Part shown: piece after piece, positions 1 to 12,311 of the stretch
How the letters are laid out: every line of letters begins with the position of its first letter
Position numbering within the stretch: position 1 is the stretch's first letter
Assembly: GCF_009914755.1 (NCBI RefSeq)
Contig: NC_060934.1
Origin: the human T2T-CHM13v2.0 reference genome, Homo sapiens
DNA length: 64,000 nt
Reading direction: 5' to 3' (one strand)
The notes under the pieces: generated by a model
Told to the model about the DNA's origin: nothing
What the model saw: only the letters and a program-made list of their open reading frames with translations
The model's database searches: none
Translations under genes and position numbers: made by a program

Positions 1-1052
1 ATCCTCAATGCAGGTTGCAAAAAATGAGGATGTCAAAGTAACCCATAATAATGCCTCTTGTATTATTCATGGTCTTTGATGAAAGATTTTTTAATAAACA
101 ATTTCACCTTTATCAACCAAATTTAATTACATTTGTACCAGGATAATTCTTTACTTGTTTGGCTTAGAAATGACAAAGCTTCTTTCCAGATTCATTATGT
201 ATTTTTAGGATTTTTCAAGAAATCAGGAAGTAAGAGTTATTTTCAAATGCTTTTACAAGGGTGACCAAGAGGCCAGTGTTACTGGAAAGGAAAAATATAT
301 GATGTCAAACTCAACCCACTGAATGCCAAAAATAAGAAGGTATTCATTACTGAACCCAGTTTTATTGGCAGGGAAAAATGCAATTGAAAATACCAATCAC
401 CAGTAAAGCATATATGAAACAATGCTCTTTCGTAGTCATTTTGCATTTAACAAGTTTTTAATTTTTTTAAAAAAATGGGAATACATAAGATGCTTCCTAT
501 GCAAATAAATTTCATGAATTTCAGTGAAAATACTTTGTTTTCATCCCAGGTTCACCACACTCTTTCTATCTGACAGATTTTTTTTTCAACAGAATATGGG
601 AGTGATTTTGTCCAGTTATTCTTCTAGGTCTCCGTGGAAATTTCTTTCTTTTATAGATACCATCTGGCCTAATGAGATTCTAACAGTTCTATACACACTC
701 TGTCTTTCTTTGTATTTGCATTTTTTCACTGGAGTCATTGCTGGTAGTGAAATGGAAAAATAAGGGGAAAAAAGTATGTATGTTAAATAAGCATGGCAGT
801 TTTCTCTGTCATTTAAGAAAAGTAATTACAATTATTCGTTTGATTTACTGAATGTAAGTATTCAGTTTGAACACTGTCCAAAGGATGTTGCCTTACTTAA
901 ATATCCAGTGATCCTAAACTAAAATTGCGGCTGTAGTCACTGATGGGTTTAGTCTAGGAATATATAATCTTGTGTGTCTTCAAAATGTTAGGAAGAAATC
1001 TTCTTAAGCAGGATTTCATTATGTGTTTTCAATCACTAATCTTCACTCCTTG

Positions 1053-1139
1053 TCTCTCTCTCTCTCTCACCCCGCCCCCCCGTGTGTGTTTGTGTGTGTG
1101 TGTGTGTGTGTGCATGTGTGTGTGTGTGTGTGTGTGTGT
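1053..1139. repeat. Compound (CT)n / (TG)n microsatellite
   Basis: tctctctc run at 1053-1068, then an interrupted (TG)n run at 1082-1139; explains the CVCVC ORFs at 970-1235. Confidence 0.97.
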
Positions 1140-4100
1140 CTGTATGTTTCTGTCTGTAGAATTAGGTGGAGGGTTGGTAAGAATAAATACAATCCTACAC
1201 TGAGATGTAGAGGTAGCAAGCCAAATTTGAGGTAATTATGCTAGGACTCACATTGTTAGCTTCCTTGTTCACCAAATGTACAAATTTAGCTCATAATCAA
1301 TATTTTTAATGCAAAAGTTTATATAAGGTCCATACTGGGTAAGGAAAAGAAAAAATAACATTAAACAGGGACTTACATCCTGACAACTTTTGTCTCATGC
1401 ATCAGGGACTCTGTCCTATGGGATAGATCTACGCGTATTTGGGGAAACACATTGGCCAGTGGTCCAAAGTGGAGGGTAGCTCTGGGATAAGAAAGGCTTT
1501 AGATTCATTTTTCAACTCTTACATTTACTGTTGACATAGGACATGTTTCTTAAACTTTACTAGCCTGTAAAATCAGTGGAGTAGACAAGAGGAGATAAAG
1601 TACCTAAAAGTGTACCTAGCACATAGGAAACAATAAAAATTATCCAATTGTGTTTTAAGAACCTATTTTGACTATACAGCTATGTACTTTGAAGTCAAAG
1701 TTGTTTACATGTGAGAAAGGAAATGGACCAACAGAATAATTATAGATGGCAACATCCTTTGCCTAATGAATCATTTGTTAAAATACATTCATCTACCATG
1801 TGTCAGAGGCTGGTGCTGAGGCTATGTAAGTTACCAAAGGAGGCGAAATCCATGCTACCGTGGAGCTTTCAATCTAACAATTAATGATAAGCAGATCACA
1901 ACATGGCAGAATAGTAGATACATTAGAAAAAAGTGTCTGCTCCCCCCTACACACATATTAGTCATTTGTAAATGTTTAGAATGATAAACATTAAAAGTTA
2001 CATTTTCTTTAAAAATATTTTATTTGGCCTTACACATGGAAGTAATTTTCTCTGGCTAGGCTTGTATTTTTATTATGATATGTGAAGCAGTTAACATAAC
2101 TCATATTAACACTGGCTGGAGGTTTTATCTTCAAGGGCAGCTGGTGACAGGGCCATTAAGGTCCACAGAGAGAGGTGGAAGGAAGGGTGGTCTGAATGGG
2201 CAATTTCTCATTTGTTGGATTGATCCTTGATTTTATCAGCATGCTCACGTTCAAAAAATCCCATTGTGAGGTATAATAGATGACACCTGATACTAAAAAT
2301 CTACCTACCAGCCTGAACAGTTCAGAAATTAATGCCTCTCATAACACCAAGAGATTTGATAATGAAGCCAGCTCAGTAGAGGTCAAGGGGAAATGATATT
2401 ATGTGTGTTCCCCTATGAATCAATGTAATCCTATTGCATTTCCCCAGATGTTCACCCCTGGCCTGTGCAGCTACAATGTGATCTCAAAGACTTTCATAGG
2501 AATCCTACTAAACAATTTTGTCTAAACTTGAGGCACTGAAAAACTGTGTATGGTGTAACAGGTGGAGTTTACATGGCAGGTTCCTTTGTCCCTGGAGATC
2601 TGATCAAATGGATCCTCATCCCATGCTCCTTGATTGTCCGGAGTACTTCCAAGTGTTCAGAGAGTTCTTAGGAGAATCTATAGTCTCATGGTCACTTTTG
2701 GTTCTACTTTATCCTCTAAATTTGAGTTACCTTGCCATTCTGTGAAAGGTTTCTCTGTTCTTCATTGCCTTGACCCAGATGTGAAATTTCATCACCTGCT
2801 CAATTTCCACACCTCCCAACCAACCTTAAAAGTCATTTGAATATAGCAGATTGTTCTGAAAATTTAGCAATGTAGGCGTTATGGGGTGGAGGTAAGGGCA
2901 GAGCCTTATGTGATGACAACACAAACACCATCACATTTATTTAAACCATGACTTTCTTTAAATTCCCTTTCCCTTTCCTTCATAGGAACACTCCACCAGC
3001 AGCTTCTTCAGTTTATGTCCTCAGTACCCAGCCTGGTCCCATCTCTCTTCTGGGCTCTGTTTTGTGTATTCAAGCATATCAGTATGCTTTGAAGAACAAA
3101 AGGACCTTGCTTAACACAATCCTCCTGCTCAGAAGAAATATGTGGTTTTAAATAATTTTGTTATTATTTTAACATGGCAAAAATTCTTGGGCATGCTGGA
3201 GTGTCAGGTCCATGGGGGAGAAAGATGAGTTGAAGCTGGACAGGTAAGACGCAACCAAACTGGGGAAGAATTAGTGGCTTGGTGAAGTCTTTGAAGTTTA
3301 TACAGTTGAAAACATGTAGTCAATGAAGAAGTTTAAGGGCAGTGAAACCATGATTAAAGCTTTGTTTTTGAAAGTGACTATAAATGAGACTTGTAGGGAG
3401 GCAACAGAAATTTTGGAAGAAAAATGTTTAGGGCTTTGCCTGAACTAAAATAGTAGTAGTTTAAATGAATATGATGGGATGTGTGCTATGGTAGATCATT
3501 TTTCCTGTGCTATGGGGGTAAGTGTTAGCTTCTTTCTCCTGGACTAGTGTGTTAGATTCTTGAGAAGATGGATTGTCTAATTCACTTACAAATTTCCCAG
3601 AAGCTGTCCTAGGGCTTCCATCTAGTATGAGCCCTGTAAATGTTATTTCAGTGTATGGAATAAGATGATTTTCTGTCCACATCCATTAAGGGCAGCTTTA
3701 GTCAAAATTAATACATGGATATGGTTGTTAAAAAGGATTTTTCCACATTGAAATTTAAATGGATCCAAATCTTCTAGTCTCCTGGGGCTTCACTTTTTAC
3801 CCAGTAAGATGATGGGAGTCACTATCCCTGGAAATAGAAGGTTCTAGCTGCTCTACTCACACACATACACACAAAACCCTCAGTAATCATTTTTACCTGG
3901 TATTTTCGTAGGAGGGTAAAAAGATGACATTTTTAAAGCTCTTTTCTCTCATCTCAACCAGCTTCTCTCATCTCAGCTTGTCTGTCTGTATAACTTGCCC
4001 CTGGACTGTGGTTCTGAGCTCAGCCTCAGGCCTATTGGATTGGCCAGTCTCCAAAATCAAATTCTGTAGCACATTGTCCCATAGTTTTACTGGGTAAAGG

Positions 4101-4790
4101 AAGATGAAGACAATGCAGGAAGAGAACAACTGACTGTCGAACATTATTCTTCTCAAAATATATTGGTCATTCCCACTCTAGGGGAAAATTTAAAGTACTT
4201 TGGGTTACAATGAAATATCAGTAGCCTCTTTTTCCCCTAATTAATTCTTTCCCTGTCCTTTCTGGATTCTGAAAATCCACTGGTGTTCGGGTATAAACTC
4301 CGAAATTGTTTGTCTTGCTTATGAGGGCATTCTAATTCTCTGTCTAAACCCCTCTTATCTATTTTCTACAGGATTGCCAGTTAAAATACAAGACTCCCTG
4401 TTAAAATTTAATTTCAGATAAAAAATAATTTTTAAGCATAAGGCTGCAGCATGGGATATACTCAATACAGGTACACCTCAAAAGTATTGCAAGTTCAGTT
4501 CCAGACCACCATAATAAATCAAATACTGCAATTAAAGAAAGTCACACTCTTTTGATTTATCAGCACATATAAAAGTTATATTTATACTATACTGTCGTTT
4601 ATTAAATGTGCAATAACGTTATGTGTACAAAAAATACCTTAATTAAAACATTTTATTTACTAAAAATACTAACAATCATCTGAGCTTTCAGGGAGTCCTA
4701 ATCTCTTTGCTGGTGGAAGGTCTTGCCTCGATGTTGATGGCTGGTGATTCATCAGGGTGGTGGTTGCTGAAAGTTGGGGTGATTACGGAC

Positions 4791-5081
<291 letters not shown>

Positions 5082-5482
5082 AGACTGTGGAAAATTTTTA
5101 AGACAACAATGAAGGTCGCTACATTGACTGACTCCTCCTTTCGTGAAAGATTTCTCTGTAGCATGTGACGCCCTTTCGTACCATTTTTACCCACAATAGA
5201 ACTTCTTTAAAAATTGGGGTCAATCCTCTCAAACCCAGCAGCTGCTTTATCAACTAAGTTTATGGAATATCCTAAATTCTTTGTTGTCACTTCAACAATG
5301 GTCACAGAGTCTTCACCAGATGAAGAAACCACTTTCTTTGTTCATCCATAAAATGCAACTCCTCATCTGTTCAAGTTTTATCAATGGGATTGCAGACATT
5401 CAGTCTCATCTTCAGGCTCTACCCCTAACTCTAGTTTTGTTGCAGTTTCCACCATATCTGCAGTTACTTTTCCGCTGAAGTC

Positions 5483-5786
<304 letters not shown>

Positions 5787-6203
5787 TCCACTGAAGTCTT
5801 GAGGCCCTGACTATCATTGATAAGCGTTAGAATCAACTTGCACCACAATATGTATTGTTTTCCACCTTCTAAGTACGTGGTTTGTGGTACCCCAAAACAA
5901 CCACAATAATAACATCAAAAATCGCTGATCACAGATCACCATAACAGGTATAATTTTAATTTTAAAAGTTCGAAATATTTCGAGAAACACCAAAAGGTGA
6001 CATGGAAAAAGGAAGTGTGCATATGTTGTTTGCAAAATGGCCACAGTACACGTGCTCAATACTTGGTTGCCACAAACCGTCAATTTGTAAAAAATGCAAT
6101 ATCTGCAAAGTGAAGTGCAATGAAAAGAGGTATGCCTGTTTACTAAAAAAAAAAAAAAGTCATTGTTTATCTGAAATTCAATTTAACATGGTTTCCTTTA
6201 TTT

Positions 6204-7115
6204 CTAATAGCTTTATTGAGATATAATTCCTGTCGTACAATTTAGCAATTTGAAATGTACAATTTAATAGTTTTTAGTAAAAACAAATTCATATCTCCAT
6301 GGCTACAGTAGACATTTTTGCTACTCAGAAAGACCCCTGTAGGCCTTTGCTATTACCTCTCAATGCCCCATCCCCTGTCATCCCCAGACATAATAAAACA
6401 CAAATGTACTTTCTCTATAAATGTGCATATTTTGGACATGTCATATAAATAGAATCATGAACTGTGTACACCTTTGTGACTTGCTTCTTTCTCTTAGCAT
6501 GAAGTTTCAAGGTTAATTTCTGTTATAGCATGTATCAGTACTTTATTATGGAGCAATATTGCATTGTATGGATCTACTATATATTATTTATCATTTCATC
6601 ACTTGATGGACATTTGAGTTATTTCACATTTTGGCTATTATGAATAATGCTGCTATGAGCATTTGTATACAAGAGTTTGTGCAAACATATGCTTTTATTT
6701 CTCTTGGGTATATATCTAGGAGTAGAATTACTGTACTATATGGTAACTTTAGGTTTAGTAGTTTGAGGAACTGCCAAGTTGTTTTCCAAAGTGGCTGCAC
6801 CATTTACTTTCCCACCAGCAGTACTTGAGGGTTCCAATTTCTCTACATCTTTTCTAATAATTGTCATTGTTTCTTTTTTGATTATGGTTTTGATTTGTAT
6901 TTCTCTGATAGGTAATGATGGTAAGCATATTTTAATGTCCTTACCGGCCAATTTTATATCTTCTTTGGGTGAATATCGATTCATATCCCTCACTCTTTTT
7001 TTAATTGGGTTATTTGCCTTTTTTCATTATTGAACTGCAATGGTTATTTATATATACTATGTACAAGTTACCTCTCAGACCTATGACTTGCAAAAGTTTC
7101 TCCCATTCTGTGGGT
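6204..7115 (-). mobile_element. L1M (L1MB/MA-like) 3' end fragment
   Basis: ctttattgagatataattc... 3' end; ttggctattatgaataatgctgctatgagcatt; gaggaactgccaag..gttttccaaagtggctgcacc. ORF 6736-6993 resembles the decayed ORF2 C-terminus. Confidence 0.9.
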
Positions 7116-8449
7116 AGCATTCTGCACTTTTATTTGCCAAATTGTATTTGCTTAATTCTATACCAAAGGACACTCACCTTACATAACTCAAAAGTCTCCA
7201 TAAGGTATTTTCCAAACAAAGAAGGACTTCTCTCACTGAAAGGAATTTTGCTTTCCTCCTGGACTTTTTGGCTCCAAGTGTGGTTGACTTTTAAAATAAG
7301 TTTATTTATTTTCCTGATTGAATTTCTCTGTGTTCTCATTAGTCATCCGATTTTCAGCCCTTTTCTGTTGAACCCTTTTCATCAAAAACAGGTACTGAGA
7401 AAGAAGATCTTGTTTTCCCTTAAAGTTTTCCCTTAAAGTTGTTACTGAGTTAAAATGTAGAGCCTGAATTGTGAAGTGGATGATAAGTGGTCTTCACAAT
7501 TACCCTGGAACATCTCCTTGTACATATCTAACAAACACACTCTTTTCTCGTAAGAACCAAAACAAGAGGCACCTTTGTGATTATCTATTCAAGACACCTT
7601 ATAAAATATATCTCATTTGTATCATCTCCAATAGTAACCCACGAGCCATCTAATAGCAATTTCAGAATGAATAAAACAAAAAATAGCAATATGGTTGTGA
7701 CCTGCTTTAAAGATAGTAGTGTACTTATATTACAGGAAAACAATTGAATGGGACTACTTAAAGGGTAATTTATGTAAAAATATATACCATTATATGAGAT
7801 ACATAGTAGGTGCTGAATAACGTTAGTTTCATAATTGTTTTCCTTATTCAGTATTTAAATTTAAACCCCTAAAAATAATTCACTGGGGTATCAAATTATA
7901 TGCCTACATTTGTAAACTGGAATCATTCAGTAACTGCAAAATATTAAGTATCTATAAAAAGGCCTAGGCATTGTATTAGAGACTTAACTCATAATTTTTC
8001 ATTTATTTACCATAATTCTCTGTTAGATATATATAATCACTTTTAGGTTACATATATATTCACTGAGTTCCAGTAACATATTCAAATTCATATAAGTGGT
8101 AATATAAAATCTGCTCTTCAAATATAGAGCAGTCTTTCCTGAAAACTCATGTTCTTTTTAATATAGAACATTTCATTTCAAATCCTATATATTTTACAAA
8201 TGTTTCTTTTTCCAGAGATCTTCTCTGATCACTCTGAGTGGAAGTAATTTGTTCTATAATGGACCTCCAGAGTAATTTCACTGGGACCCTCCTATGGTAC
8301 TTAGCATTTTCTACATTTTTATATTTATTGGTTTCTCAGTGTTTTCGCTGTAATTTTATTTCTTCTCCCATCATCTCTCCTTCTATATTCACAGTGATAG
8401 ATCTTTCACTACAATGTGTTTACTAATATGTTAGAAAGAGCCAATAAGT

Positions 8450-11000
8450 GATATGCAGCAGTGATCCCCAACCTATTCTTATCATGACAAACATAGACAA
8501 TTAAGGCACTGAAATTCTACTTAGATTAAAGGTGGATTAGCTTATCTCGATCAATAACAAAAAGGATGGGCTTGAAAATTTCTAAAAAGCATAACAAATC
8601 TAAAAAGTTTGTAAGGAATTATCATTACAAAACTGATGAGAGAGAGAGGTACCTAAAAAAGTAAGTAGAGCATAGAAGATGCTTTTACTCTGGATAGAAG
8701 ATGCTTTTACTCTGGAAAAAAAAATCCATCTAGCCAAATTTTAACTTTGTTTTTCTAACTGCCTAAAATGTGTGAGAGGTCAAACTCCAGAACACATCCA
8801 AAACTTGAGAGTTTAACAGGAAATCCTCCTAACGTTGAGGGGGTATCCCAAATGAATAATCCTGGAGAAGAGATTTTTAAAAATCAGCTTTCGTATTCAT
8901 TTCAAACCCATATTGACATCAATTAGAAGTTCACAAACTATGAATTTATGATAACTTTTGAGCAGACCAGAGGGACTCCTAGGAACCTTAAAACAAAAAG
9001 AAACAGTTTGTAAAGTTGTATCTTTATCTTAAGCCCAAAATTATTGCTGCAGATTTTTTTTCTAGGGTGAGGAACATCATGCAATAATGATAAAGCATAT
9101 CAAATATAATCAAACCTACAGAAAATGAGGTAAAATGAGTTAGAAACCAGAAAAAAACAGACAGCAAGAAATAGAACTAGAAAGAATTTCATATATGGGA
9201 ATTATCAGAGACAGATCATAAAACAGCCATGATTACTACTTTTATGAAATAAAAGGTGAATTGAGAACATATTCCAAAAACAGAAACCTATAAAAAGTGG
9301 CAGATCAAATTAAAAACTTACAAAATACAACTTGTAGAAATCAAGAATACAATAACTGATAAATAACTAAATGGATGAATTAAATGGCAGATTAGATGTA
9401 ACTAAAGAGACAGCCAGGAAGAAAGATCAGGGAAATTATCTGGAAATAAGATTGCAGAGAAGAAAGGATAAAACTATGCAGTAAATTTAGTTGACTGGGT
9501 GGACACAGTCTAAGTTAGCGAGCTATGAAATGGAAGCAAAGCCTTCTGATTCCCTGTTACTTTCTGGGTGTTAGAATAAATTGCTTTACTTTATACTTCA
9601 ATATAATTTGCTATAATCACTAAAGGAATATAAATAGGTAAATTAACTTCAGAAATTATGTCACAAAAATTGCAGGATAAAAAATGCTGCATACCTTAAA
9701 TATACACAATAAAATTTATTTTAAAAATTAATGAAAATATTAATAAAAATAGAATAGTGGATAAAATAATAAGAAAAATTAAAATTGAAAGTACAAATTT
9801 GAAAGGAGAACACAGGGTGGTTGAAAAAATGAAATGTATTTACAATGAAATTAAATGCAAATTGATTAAATGCTCTAGTTAAAAACAGATTATCAGATTG
9901 AACATGTATATTCTGTTTATAAGATATATGTGTTATTTAGATGTACCTAAAGCATAAAGATAATGAAAGAATAAAAATGAAAATACGTACAAATAGTAAT
10001 CAAAAGTACAAATAATAATCAAAAGAAAGGTGTAGCTATAAATATAACAAAAATTGTCTTTTAGCCACAAAGCATTACTGGTGATAAAGAGGTTCATTTT
10101 ATAATCATGAAGGTTTGAGTCCTCCAATCCTAAATTTATATTCACCTGGTAACAGTTTTAAGATATATAAAGTAAAAACTGATAAGAAAGAAACAAATAT
10201 TGACCAAAATTAAAGAAACTGAGAAAACAAAGAGTAGGAATGAGTTAGAAGAATTGAACAATAAAATACCATACATACCAAACAACTGAAAAACACAAAT
10301 TACTTTTAGGCATATTTGTATCCATTATGGAACATTCACAAAATTTGATCAAGTGCTAGGTGTGGTCATGTAAATTTATATCACCATTTTGGAAATGTTG
10401 GATAATATCTATTGATAGTATGTTTGAAGTTACATACTCCTTTGAACCAGCAATCTCACATCAAGAAAAATACTCTTGAGAATATCATGAAATTGTCTTT
10501 TAGGGCATATATTCAGGAATGTTTCATACCAAGACTATTTATAATAGCTACAAACTGGAAATACCCAAAATGCTACCAATAGGAGCATGGATAAAAAAAC
10601 TGTATTGTATTACCAAAAAAAAAATTCTATACAACAAATGGAGAAAATACAACATCTACAGATGTCAACTTGAATGAATCATGCCATCAAATCTTGAGTA
10701 AATCAAGAAACATTCCAAATGATGCTTAAAATGTAATTCCATGTATGTAAAATTAAAAAAAAAAATATTAGTAAATATAATTGTTTAGAACTGTGTACAT
10801 AAATAGTAAACTACAATTTTAAAAAATGTGCATTACAATGGTAAAGATAGTGGCTGTTTGCACACAGAGTGGGAAGGAATTATAGAGGGCTTCTGACATG
10901 TTGGCTGTGTTCTGTTTTTCAGCCTGGATGATCTAAACATGTATATTTTCCACGCTGTTCTCTTTGTAAGTTATATTTGACAAATAAGAAGATTTTTAAA
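8450..11000 (+). mobile_element. Ancient L1M/L1ME fragments (ORF1-like, endonuclease start, 3' end)
   Basis: A-rich strand; ORF1-like aaatggatgaattaaatggcagattagatg (~9370); endonuclease-start-like ttaaatgctctagttaaaaacagattatcagattg (~9870); 3' end atagctacaaactggaaatacccaaaatg (~10545). Boundaries approximate. Confidence 0.7.
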
Positions 11001-11319
11001 AAGCCAATTTGAAACTATTTTAGGGTTCATAGGTATAAAAGGGAGAAGTAGCTTTCAGCCAAAAGGGAGTCTCCAGTTTTACCTGACTGCCTTAAGAGCC
11101 TTGGAGGAGTCAATGTTTATCTTCTCTAACCCTTCCAGGGAGGTCATTATGCTATCTCCTACTTTGTAGTCCCCAGATCAAGGAAATTTAAAATCTCACT
11201 CTACTTGATCTTAATGAGCTCTTTTGTTTCTTTACCTCCCTCTCTCCGTCTCTCCTTTCTGTTTACAAAAATGACAGGTTTTATGGTCCCTGTGGTAGCA
11301 GTTTTATACAGTCTTATAA

Positions 11320-11578
11320 CAAATTGTCTCAACCTAGATGCTATTGACATTTGGACTAGATAATGCTTTGGTGTGTTTGTAGTGAGGGCTGGGGGTGGGG
11401 GTGGGGCTGGCTTATACATTGTTGGATGTTTTGCAGCATCTCTGGTCTCTACCCCTAGATGTCTGTGGCACACCCTCCTTTCCCCCAGCCTTCCTTCCCA
11501 CTTGTGACAACAATAATATCTCAAAATATTGCTAAATTTCACTTAGGGGACAAAACAGCACTGGGCTAGGAACAACTG
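11320..11578 (-). mobile_element. MER20 (hAT-Charlie MITE)
   Basis: tctcaacctagatgctattgacatttggactagataat, gcagcatctctggtctctacccctagatg and ttgtgacaacaataatatctc match MER20 antisense. Confidence 0.88.
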
Positions 11579-12311
11579 ACCTACAGCTATGGGCAAAAGG
11601 AGTCTTTAACAACTATTGTTGGATCAGTAGGTATACATTCAGGCTTCACATATAGGTGCAGGTTTAAGCTTGGTAAGAGAGGACATGAGGAGGTATAGCT
11701 AAATATATAGAGGTACGCTATATTGAAGGGAAGTTACATCTGCTGGCTCTAAATGGTGAAAATTGAGTGGAAGTTTTGATCAGATGAATGACAACAGGAA
11801 ATTTTTAAAAAGCCCAATCATTAAAGTGATTTGCAAATACATTAAGGTAGGGATCTCCCATCATGGTTAGTATTCTAGCAGAAGCTGCATTAATTCAGGA
11901 ATATTGAAGACATTATCCCTGGATATTTGGACAATTCAGAGTTCTGGTTTCCAAGGTCTCCTCTACTGTCAGGAGGATGACCTTTAAATAAAAGACTCCT
12001 GGACTTATCAGGGACAGTGTCTTGTAAAAAGCCAGTGTCTTTCTCTGCTGTCTCGGAGACAGAGTTTGCTATTAAGGATTTTTCATTGCTTTTTTGATTG
12101 CTTGTGGCCTTCAAACAGTGTTGAGTAAAAATACATTTTCATTTTTCCAGCATTTCTGAGCCAGGCAATTGCTATTTAGTTTAGAAAAGAAGATTGGCTT
12201 TTTTCTATTAGTGAGTGTAAAAAAAAAGTATTGCCAGTTGCAGAAAAAAATCCATAGAAAGACTCTCTCTCATCATCATCATGTATATTTGACTAAATGT
12301 TTCCTCTTTTT

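Noticed and set aside
20-327. Similar strings gatgtcaaagtaaccca..aatgcc (29-55) and gatgtcaaactcaaccca..aatgcc (301-327); possible exon ~260-339
   Set aside because: Short and gapped similarity in AT-rich DNA; candidate exon has stops in all frames and a weak donor.
2100-2870. Higher-complexity block with minus-strand EIEQVMKF..HLG resembling a LINE RT motif or processed pseudogene
   Set aside because: Single short motif, stops in all frames examined, no further homology recognisable; needs a Dfam/tBLASTx search.
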